Positions 20,555 to 27,252 of a stretch of DNA of 64,000 bases are shown here, piece by piece; within the stretch, counting starts at the first letter, position 1; the number at the start of each line of letters is the position of its first letter. The notes below the pieces were generated by a model. That model worked only from the letters and a program-made list of their open reading frames with translations. It made no database searches and was not told where the DNA came from. The DNA comes from a virus. The translations under genes and the position numbers were made by a program. Where the stretch lies: IMG/VR virus record IMGVR_UViG_3300042317_001497; one strand, 5' to 3'.

Positions 20555-20725
20555 GCGGCGGGATTCGTCCCGCGTAATGATGTGGGCTCAGACCCACCTA
20601 GCAGAGTCTAACCAACTAATAACCGGCGTGGTTGCCGGGAAGGGGTCTGCTGCTAGTAATATAACGATGGTAAAGTGATCCCACCATCAAACCGTATAGC
20701 CTCTATGGGACGCCATAGGGGCTTG
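20555..20725 (+). ncRNA. Small structured RNA candidate (five consecutive stems)
   Basis: Hairpins at 20558-20573, 20582-20597, 20598-20656 (nested 20623-20638), 20667-20690, 20699-20722; no ORF. Confidence 0.45.
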
Positions 20726-20759
20726 CGGCATTGAGTGGATATGGTATAATAGATGGCAC

Positions 20760-20831
20760 GGCCCCATAGTTAAATGGATATAATAAGTGACTTCTAATCT
20801 CTAGTTGCAGGTTCGATTCCTGCTGGGGCTA
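20760..20831 (+). tRNA. tRNA-Arg(TCT)
   Basis: Acceptor GGCCCCA/TGGGGCT, loop CTTCTAA, T-loop TTCGATT. Confidence 0.88.
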
Positions 20832-20835
20832 TTAT

Positions 20836-20909
20836 GGGGGCGTAGATCAATTGGTTAGATCGCTAGCTTGTCACGCTAGAGGTTGCGGGTTCGAGTCCCG
20901 TCGCTCTCG
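20836..20909 (+). tRNA. tRNA-Asp(GTC)
   Basis: Stem CTAGC/GCTAG, loop TTGTCAC, GGTTCGAG, G73. Confidence 0.9.
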
Positions 20910-20990
20910 CTAAGTTGTTGGTATATAAAGACTTAGATCAAATCCGGGCGGCCCCGTTTGCCGTAAGTCCTTATGCCACAAGCCTTTGCA
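20909..20990. repeat. 82 bp element, copy 13 (abuts the tRNA-Asp 3' end)
   Basis: gctaagttgtt-ggtatat-aaagacttaga / 24 nt / cgtaagtcctt-atgccac-aagcctttgca. Confidence 0.9.
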
Positions 20991-21066
20991 TCAAAAAATA
21001 ATTTCTTCAAGAATTGGTCTTGACTAGCCGATAATATAGTGTAGAATCGGTAGACAAGGGAGAATA

Positions 21067-21780
21067 ATGATGAAAACTGCAAATGGTAATGATAAGTTGG
21101 GTAAGGAAAATTGTATTGTGGTTTCGCGTCCGGTTGGCGATAGTTGTCCGTCCGATTGTGATTTTCTCGGTAACGGATGCTATGCAGAAGATTTGGAAAA
21201 TATCTATCCCGGTGTTCGTCCTGCCGGTATGCAAAATCTTGTTACAGAAAAGAATAGTATTCGCTCCATGCTGGTGGATGCCGTCAAGAAAAATAAAGAT
21301 GTTCGCTGGCATGAGCGTGGCGACTTTTTCAAGTATGGTGAACTTGACAATGAATATGTTGATAATGTATTGTGGGCCTGTGAGAATATTCTTGCCAGTG
21401 GTGGTAGTCTGCCGACCATGTGGGCTTATACCCATATTTATGACACTAGATTGTCTATGGAACTTGGCAAGTATATCAATATGTATGCTAGTATCCATGA
21501 TGGTGAAGATATGAAACAGGCTAAGGCTGCTGGTTTCAAACTGTTCGCATGGTGTGATAGTGATACTAAAATTGCCCCTAAGCGTCCGCGTGGTAAGAAT
21601 AAGGTTGCAGCATGGCGATCAGCACTGCCGAAACTAGTTGTGCTGGAAGGTGAAAAGTTTGTCACTTGCCCGGAAATTCGTCGTGGTCGTGGAGTTGTCA
21701 CTTGCACAAAAACCAAAAATAGCGTACACTGTGACTTGTGCGTTCGTGGTTTGGCTAATGTTTTGTTTCCTGCACACTAA
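21067..21780 (+). CDS. Gp88-like Cys-rich phage protein
   Basis: N-x-KL...SC-x3-C-x5-CYA...VRWHERGDF...WAYTH and C-terminal C..C..C; pattern of the gene product 88-like family. Confidence 0.6.
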   Translation: MMKTANGNDKLGKENCIVVSRPVGDSCPSDCDFLGNGCYAEDLENIYPGVRPAGMQNLVTEKNSIRSMLVDAVKKNKDVRWHERGDFFKYGELDNEYVDNVLWACENILASGGSLPTMWAYTHIYDTRLSMELGKYINMYASIHDGEDMKQAKAAGFKLFAWCDSDTKIAPKRPRGKNKVAAWRSALPKLVVLEGEKFVTCPEIRRGRGVVTCTKTKNSVHCDLCVRGLANVLFPAH

Positions 21781-21791
21781 GGAGTTTAATA

Positions 21792-22028
21792 ATGTCTAAA
21801 TATTATATCAAGTGTGGTACTCTGGAACTAATTTACTCTACAGATAAAAGTTCTGTTGAAGCGGCGGTTACAAGTTTGTTTGAGAGTAATAAGTTTGATA
21901 CATTAGATGAATACTTCTATATTGATGAGCGTGGTTTTAGAGACTATCTAACTGCTGATAAGCAAACGGAAGTTTTGAAACTGAATGTAATCGCAAAGAT
22001 GGGTGGATGGACGCTAGGTAACGACTAA
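21792..22028 (+). CDS. Hypothetical protein
   Basis: ORF track; AAGGAG RBS. Confidence 0.65.
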   Translation: MSKYYIKCGTLELIYSTDKSSVEAAVTSLFESNKFDTLDEYFYIDERGFRDYLTADKQTEVLKLNVIAKMGGWTLGND

Positions 22029-22035
22029 AACTAAC

Positions 22036-22117
22036 CGCAAACCCTTACTGCATAAGCACTTAGGGCGAGCGGGGCCGGCCAAATTTGACGTAAGTGCAAT
22101 GGCCTCAACCACTTAGG
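22036..22117. repeat. 82 bp element, copy 14
   Basis: cgcaaaccctt-actgcat-aagcacttagg / 24 nt / cgtaagtgcaa-tggcctc-aaccacttagg. Confidence 0.88.
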
Positions 22118-22185
22118 ATTTTTTAAAGAAAAGGTTGACAAGTGCCGATAACTATGATATGATTAAACGGAAAGGATGGGACAGC

Positions 22186-22542
22186 GTGATCCAATGGATT
22201 GGGGTACTGATTGCTCTGTTAGGTTTGGCATATACTGGCGTTAAAGATTATCAAAAAGGTGATTTAAAAATTCCAAAAATACCATCTAGACAAAAGATTG
22301 TGTATCCTATACAATACTGTCTAATGGCTTATGATCCTAACATAGACAAAGTTTTTTATTTACACGACAATGGAATATGGCATGACTATGCACCACCTCA
22401 ACGACGATATTCGCCCACGACGCAACCACAACAAAATCAAGGTCAAGGTCAAGAAGCCTTGGGAGTTGTCAACGGGACACAAGGAACATCGGGATACCGT
22501 TATGGACAATCGCCCCAAGCGGTTGCGAACCCGATCCGCTGA
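22186..22542 (+). CDS. Membrane-anchored hypothetical protein (GTG start)
   Basis: TM helix IQWIGVLIALLGLAYTG; Q/G-rich C-terminus overlaps the next ORF. Confidence 0.55.
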   Translation: MIQWIGVLIALLGLAYTGVKDYQKGDLKIPKIPSRQKIVYPIQYCLMAYDPNIDKVFYLHDNGIWHDYAPPQRRYSPTTQPQQNQGQGQEALGVVNGTQGTSGYRYGQSPQAVANPIR

Positions 22543-22576
22543 AAAGCGTCGGGCTTGCGAGGATTATCACTATTGA
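22370..22576 (+). CDS. Small basic protein overlapping the previous ORF in another frame
   Basis: KIKVKVKKPWELSTGHKEHRDTVMDNRPKRLRTR; composition looks protein-like. Confidence 0.5.
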   Translation: MEYGMTMHHLNDDIRPRRNHNKIKVKVKKPWELSTGHKEHRDTVMDNRPKRLRTRSAEKRRACEDYHY

Positions 22577-22592
22577 TTATAATAGGTAGATT

Positions 22593-22663
22593 GCCCGCAT
22601 AGTATAATGGTAATACAGTTGATTTGTAATCATCTAATACTAGTTCGATTCTAGTTGTGGGCT
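22593..22663 (+). tRNA. tRNA-Thr(TGT)
   Basis: GCCCGCA/TGTGGGC, loop TTTGTAA. Confidence 0.82.
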
Positions 22664-22664
22664 C

Positions 22665-22735
22665 TCCGGGATGGTGTAACAGTAGCACAGAACACTTTGG
22701 ATGTTCTTGTCTAGGGGCGGAACCTAGTCCCGGAA
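22665..22735 (+). tRNA. tRNA-Gln(TTG) with atypical T-loop GGCGGAA
   Basis: TCCGGGA/TCCCGGA, stem GAACA/TGTTC, loop CTTTGGA. Confidence 0.78.
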
Positions 22736-22739
22736 TTTT

Positions 22740-22811
22740 ACGAAGGTAGCATAATGGTAGTGCCGCAAACTGTTAATTTGCTCTGTGTAGGTTCGACTCC
22801 TACCCTTCGTG
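22740..22811 (+). tRNA. tRNA-Asn(GTT)
   Basis: ACGAAGG/CCTTCGT, loop CTGTTAA. Confidence 0.88.
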
Positions 22812-22814
22812 CTT

Positions 22815-22899
22815 GGCTGGATGGCAGAGTGGTCTAATGCACCGGTTTACTAAACCGACGAGGAGAAATCCTCCACAAGTTCGAATCTTGTTCCAGCCG
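22815..22899 (+). tRNA. tRNA-Ser(ACT), A34 anticodon
   Basis: GGCTGGA/TCCAGCC, G73, long variable arm GAGGAGAAATCCTC, loop TTACTAA. Confidence 0.82.
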
Positions 22900-22903
22900 C
22901 TTA

Positions 22904-22985
22904 GGTAGATTACTCAAGCGGACAACGAGGGCAGACTGTAAATCTGCTGGCATTGCCTTCGCTGGTTCGAATCCAGCATCTACCA
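22904..22985 (+). tRNA. tRNA-Tyr(GTA)
   Basis: GGTAGAT/ATCTACC, stem GCAGA/TCTGC, loop CTGTAAA, variable arm. Confidence 0.9.
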
Positions 22986-23066
22986 CTAAGTTGTTGGTAT
23001 ATAAAGACTTAGAGCAAATTCAGCGGGCCGTTTTTGACGTAAGTGCTTATCAGATAACGACTTAGG
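22985..23066. repeat. 82 bp element, copy 15 (abuts the tRNA-Tyr 3' end)
   Basis: actaagttgtt-ggtatat-aaagacttaga / 24 nt / cgtaagtgctt-atcagat-aacgacttagg. Confidence 0.9.
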
Positions 23067-23123
23067 ATTTTCTAAAGACAGGACTTGACTCTTGCCGATA
23101 AGTAGAGTATGATTGAAAGACAC

Positions 23124-23199
23124 GGGGCGTAAGGTAAGCCGGTTGCATCCGTCACTCTTATAAGGTGATCATAGGTACGTTCGACTCGTACACGCCCTA
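23124..23199 (+). tRNA. tRNA-Ile(TAT)
   Basis: GGGGCGT/ACGCCCT, stem TCACT/GGTGA, loop CTTATAA, GTTCGA. Confidence 0.75.
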
Positions 23200-23239
23200 C
23201 TTTTAAGCTTCGGAGGCTGACGTTTGAGTTGCGATGGCT

Positions 23240-23311
23240 GGCCCCATAGTCTAACGGCTAGGACGACAGCCTTTCACGCTGTAGATCGGAGTTCGATTCT
23301 CCGTGGGGTCA
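23240..23311 (+). tRNA. tRNA-Glu(TTC)
   Basis: GGCCCCA/TGGGGTC, loop CTTTCAC. Confidence 0.9.
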
Positions 23312-23351
23312 CTTGACAAATAAAAAAAGAATGGTATACTAGAAAACCCTT

Positions 23352-23424
23352 GGGGGTGTAACTTAGCGACTAAAGTAGCGGTCTTTTAAACCGTTTATCG
23401 TGGGTTTGAGTCCCACCGCCCCCA
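23352..23424 (+). tRNA. tRNA-Lys(TTT)
   Basis: GGGGGTG/CGCCCCC, loop CTTTTAA. Confidence 0.85.
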
Positions 23425-23478
23425 CTTGACAAGTATGTTTGGTTGGTGTATAATGTTGGAAAGAAAGGAAGGTTGATT

Positions 23479-23649
23479 ATGCGTTATAGTGATGATTACG
23501 AACAGTATGATTATGACTATGATGAATTGGTAGAAAATGCCGATGATCTTGGTCTAGATGAAGAACCTTGGATGGATGAAGAAGAAGATGACGAGGTTCC
23601 TTCTTATGGAAAGAATTATTATCCTGACATAACAGAAGACGATTGCTAA
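23479..23649 (+). CDS. Very acidic microprotein (56 aa)
   Basis: MRYSDDYEQYDYDYDELVENADDLGLDEEPWMDEEEDDE... Confidence 0.65.
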   Translation: MRYSDDYEQYDYDYDELVENADDLGLDEEPWMDEEEDDEVPSYGKNYYPDITEDDC

Positions 23650-23654
23650 TTTTT

Positions 23655-23739
23655 GTGGATGCTTCTAGGTGGGACTAGACTCTTTTCTTTATCCTTTCTT
23701 TCTTTTCTTGAATAGCCGGTTCGAATCCGGCCATCCACA
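23655..23739 (+). pseudogene. tRNA-like element lacking an anticodon arm
   Basis: Acceptor GTGGATG/CATCCAC and T-arm GCCGG-TTCGAAT-CCGGC are intact; the middle is a pyrimidine tract. Confidence 0.55.
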
Positions 23740-23744
23740 CTTAT

Positions 23745-24254
23745 ATGAATGTTTTGAGCCAAAAGCCCGATGATTTTCGTCGTACTCCAGACGGTAAAGT
23801 TATTCAAGGTGCTAGCCACACTTGCCGTGTGCTAAATCATAAAGAGCGTAATAAGATTATTATTAAGGCTGTTTGTGATCTTAGGAAAATTAAGGATCAG
23901 TTTGATACTATAGCTTGTTGTGGCGTAAGTGGTTTGATGGTTGTTCCACAGATCGCTGAACTTCTAGATAAGCATATTTTAATTATTCGCAAAAATGAAA
24001 GATGCTACAGTGAATTTAGAACTGAGGGCGTTGCTCCTTTTCAATATGTGGTTGTTGATGATCTTGTTTGCTCTGGGGATACGATAAAGAGAATACAGAA
24101 TACTATTAAGGATGAATACCCAAGAGCAATTTGTAAGGGTATTTATTTCTATATTCCAGACCAGTGTGTTTATCGGCCAGACGAGGATGGCTCTAAACTA
24201 TGCTTGAGGGATCTAAAGGCCCCGCTCCTAAACCTAGGCCACCAAAAGACTTAG
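23745..24254 (+). CDS. Type I phosphoribosyltransferase-like protein
   Basis: PRPP-binding motif VVVDDLVCSGDT; CCGVSG loop; stop codon lies in element copy 16. Confidence 0.78.
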   Translation: MNVLSQKPDDFRRTPDGKVIQGASHTCRVLNHKERNKIIIKAVCDLRKIKDQFDTIACCGVSGLMVVPQIAELLDKHILIIRKNERCYSEFRTEGVAPFQYVVVDDLVCSGDTIKRIQNTIKDEYPRAICKGIYFYIPDQCVYRPDEDGSKLCLRDLKAPLLNLGHQKT

Positions 24255-24308
24255 GACGAACCGGGGCGGCCCCGCCCGACGTAAGTGCTTATATACCAAC
24301 GACTTGCG
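24227..24308. repeat. 82 bp element, copy 16
   Basis: cctaaacctag-gccacca-aaagacttagg / 24 nt / cgtaagtgctt-atatacc-aacgacttgcg. Confidence 0.9.
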
Positions 24309-24408
24309 TCACGAAATTTTTCCGCAAGTTTGCCCCTTGACACTGCCGATAATAGATGGTAGAATCAGCGTATCGGAACGAAGAATCAGTAACACGAAAG
24401 GGTTGATT

Positions 24409-25356
24409 ATGCCTGCTATGGTCGAAAAGATGATGTTTGTTGGTGCTACCCCTTGGCATGGTGAGGGTACGCAGCTCGATGAGAATCCCTCTATTTCTGA
24501 GGCGATTACCGCTGCTGGTCTGGATTGGGAAGTTGGTACGAAGCCGTTGTTTACGTCGGAAGGCGAGGAAGTCAACGCCAAGGCGACTTTCCGTAAGACC
24601 GATAATAGGGTGCTGGGAGTTGTGGGTCCGCGTTATACCCCTCTCCAGAATCAAGATGCTTTTGATTGGTTCCAGCCGTTTCTGGACGCTGGCGAGTGCC
24701 AACTGCACACCGCCGGTTCGCTCAGTGAGGGCGAGAAGGTTTGGGTGTTGGCTCAACTCAATCGTGCGAACAGCGAAATTGTTCCCGGCGATGAGGTGAG
24801 CAAGTTTATCCTGCTGAGTAACAGCCACGACGGTACAACGTCGATCCGCGTCGGATATACTCCGATCCGCGTGGTCTGCGTGAATACTCTCGCTGCTGCC
24901 CACTCCAACAAGGACAGCCAGTTGATTCGGATTCGTCACACACGCTCCAGCAAGACCAATCTGGATAACGTGCGAGACATCATGGATAATATCAACGTGC
25001 AGTTCGAGGCGACTGCGGAACAGTATAGGTTCCTCGCCTCTAAGGATTTCAATCAGAACGATATTCGTAAGTATGTCAAGATTCTGCTGGGGATTGATAA
25101 GACCCCGGACGAAGATATCAAGACTCGTACCCGCAATATCATGGATGAAATCTTGACGCTTGTGGAAGGCCCGAAGCAGAGTGCTACGAATGTTCGTGGA
25201 ACATGGTGGGCTGCCTATAATGGCTTCAATGAGTATCTGAACTATAGCAAGGGTCGCACGGTGAGCAATCGCCTCGACTCACTCTGGTTCGGACAGAATG
25301 GGGTTGATAACGTCAAGGCACTCAATACCGCAGTGGAGTTTGCGAACGCCGTCTGA
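24409..25356 (+). CDS. DUF932 (TIGR03299-like) phage/plasmid protein
   Basis: PWHGEG, LGVVGPRYTPLQN, TAGSLSEGEKVW, LLSNSHDG, TPIRVVCVNT, RIRHT, GTWWAAYN. Confidence 0.88.
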   Translation: MPAMVEKMMFVGATPWHGEGTQLDENPSISEAITAAGLDWEVGTKPLFTSEGEEVNAKATFRKTDNRVLGVVGPRYTPLQNQDAFDWFQPFLDAGECQLHTAGSLSEGEKVWVLAQLNRANSEIVPGDEVSKFILLSNSHDGTTSIRVGYTPIRVVCVNTLAAAHSNKDSQLIRIRHTRSSKTNLDNVRDIMDNINVQFEATAEQYRFLASKDFNQNDIRKYVKILLGIDKTPDEDIKTRTRNIMDEILTLVEGPKQSATNVRGTWWAAYNGFNEYLNYSKGRTVSNRLDSLWFGQNGVDNVKALNTAVEFANAV

Positions 25357-25381
25357 TCTTTTCGTGTCACGATGAAAAGGG

Positions 25382-25422
25382 GGAGGGCCGCGGCTGGGAA
25401 ACTGGCTGCGGCCTTCTCTTTT
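25382..25422 (+). terminator. Intrinsic terminator
   Basis: GAGGGCCGCGGCTGG-GAAA-CTGGCTGCGGCCTTCTC followed by TTTT. Confidence 0.75.
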
Positions 25423-25447
25423 GGTTGCTGCGAAACGGTTCACTAGA

Positions 25448-25529
25448 CGTAAGTACTTGCAACATAAGGACTTACGGCGAACCGGGCCGCGAAATTTTGT
25501 CGTAACTTTAGTATTCATAAGGACTTACG
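25448..25529. repeat. 82 bp element, copy 17
   Basis: cgtaagtactt-gcaacat-aaggacttacg / 24 nt / cgtaactttag-tattcat-aaggacttacg. Confidence 0.9.
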
Positions 25530-25732
25530 TCAAAAAAACTGTAGACAAGCACGGCAAATTCCGATATACTGTAGGGGGAGTAGACGTAAGGTATTGGTAT
25601 GAAAGAAGTTAGGGTAAGATTATTAAAATAGATTGTATAAAATCATATTATGATTGTCTTATCTAATCCACCGGATTTGCTGGTCTTGTTGATAGTCAGC
25701 CAAAAGTTAGGATCATTAGATTCTTTGATGAT

Positions 25733-25761
25733 TCTAAGTCTATGATACTAAACGAGTTGCG
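25733..25761. repeat. Lone 29 bp half-element
   Basis: tctaagtctat-gatacta-aacgagttgcg. Confidence 0.6.
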
Positions 25762-26011
25762 ACGAGTCCTCTCGTATGGTATACTAGTGGTATGGGAGAG
25801 TATGAGTTATTCTAATAATAGTTTTGAGATAAAGTCTCAATATTAAATTATTGTTAGATAGTTATAATCTCTACTATTTTGATAAGCTTAAGTATAGTCT
25901 GGCTTTATATGGGGCCACTTTGTTTTGTCTCAGCTTATCTTACGGATTTGCGGTCTTGGCGATAGTCAGCACGAATTCTTGGTCTATTAATTATGCAGGA
26001 GAAAATGAAAT

Positions 26012-26536
26012 ATGTCCAGAAAAGATGATCTGATTAAAAGCATGAACTATTGTATAGAGTGTGCTAAGATGAGAATACAATGGTATATGGAGACTGGTAC
26101 TATGAGGTATCTTAATGAGGGAAGTGATTATTTGAGTGTTGCTAATCTTTATGTTAAAGAAATTAATAATGAGTTGAGTGGGAATTATCATATGAATCTT
26201 AGTAATGAGAAGGCTGGGGAATTTGTATGAATAAAATACTGTGCATTATAATGTTACTAATTTCCCTTGTTGTGAGTAGAAACTATAGGTATAAATGTAA
26301 TACTTGTTATCTTATTTTTGAATATGGTGAACAAGGTACTAAAATTTGTCCTAGGGATGGGTCTTTTATGGTTCCTGATTATGAGGTTAATTATGCAAAT
26401 AGATATAAGTAAACAAGAGGCATGGAAACTACTAGACGCTATAAAGAACTATGTTAGTGATTATACTGTTGCTAAACCTGTTACTAAACTTTTAGATAGT
26501 GTTACTAAAAAACTCGAGAAAATTGTTCATGAGTAA
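26012..26536 (+). CDS. Small hypothetical ORFs (26012-26230, 26227-26412, 26393-26536)
   Basis: ORF track; coupled stop/starts. Confidence 0.55.
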
Positions 26537-26933
26537 AGATCAAAAAACCTCAACCGTGGCAGTTATAGATTCCTATAAAAAGTTATTAATTTTACGTCGT
26601 GGAAAATCTGCTCCATGGATGCCCGGCCGATATTGTTTGCCCGGTGGTCATGTTGAACCTAATGAAGATAACTCCTCTGCTGCTATTAGAGAATTAAATG
26701 AAGAAACTGGAATAAGTTATCCTATTGAAAATCTTAAGACTATTACTATTAACTACTCTAGTGGATATTCTAAAACTGTATGGATAGCAAATGTAGATAT
26801 CAACAATGTATCATTGAACTGGGAGCATGATCATTATCTTTGGGTATCGTCCATGGAATCCTTTCTGGTAAGCTTGGTGCCGGGTCTGGGGACTACTATT
26901 AAAACTCTTAGTGATTCCGGCCATCTGATCTAA
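26529..26933 (+). CDS. NUDIX hydrolase
   Basis: Nudix box GGHVEPNEDNSSAAIRELNEETG. Confidence 0.92.
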   Translation: MSKDQKTSTVAVIDSYKKLLILRRGKSAPWMPGRYCLPGGHVEPNEDNSSAAIRELNEETGISYPIENLKTITINYSSGYSKTVWIANVDINNVSLNWEHDHYLWVSSMESFLVSLVPGLGTTIKTLSDSGHLI

Positions 26934-26957
26934 ATCCTTTAAACTCAAGGGGTTGCG
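26929..26957. repeat. Lone 29 bp half-element overlapping the NUDIX stop codon
   Basis: tctaaatcctt-taaactc-aaggggttgcg. Confidence 0.6.
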
Positions 26958-27224
26958 GCGACCGATAGGTATGGTATACTGGTAGAGTGGGAGGTTGGTT
27001 TTATTCTAACTTCCAAGTTTTCTTTTGTCAACCAATGAACGGAGGATTTTATTTTCTTTTCAATCGCTATCTGTTTTAGTATTGCTCTTGGTTGTGTTAG
27101 TGGTTTGCGTGGCTGATAAGTAGTTATTATAGAAGCTAAGAGTCTATAGGTCCAACATAGATAGACCAGATAAAGTATCTAATTAGTACTCTTAGTATAT
27201 AGTATAACCTCCACCCGCTGCATA

Positions 27225-27252
27225 ATTATATTCTATTTCTATGTTTTGTCAA
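27225..27252 (-). promoter_or_regulatory. Minus-strand sigma70-type promoter in a plus-strand region
   Basis: Minus strand reads TTGACA-N16-TATAAT; no substantial minus-strand ORF follows. Confidence 0.55.

Noticed and set aside
24304-24408. Upstream starts given by the ORF track (e.g. 24304, 22135, 15295, 20184, 56975)
   Set aside because: These extensions run through promoter boxes; downstream ATG/GTG codons with an RBS are more plausible.
24289-24939. 216 aa minus-strand ORF
   Set aside because: Shadow of the DUF932 gene.
7717-25529. CRISPR array
   Set aside because: Repeats are separated by 0.5-1.9 kb of genes and promoters rather than 30-40 nt spacers, copies are divergent, and no cas genes are present.
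7717-25529. Classical integron
   Set aside because: No IntI in the window, the ends lack the strict RYYYAAC/GTTRRRY cores, and the modules carry promoters. Only the architecture is analogous.
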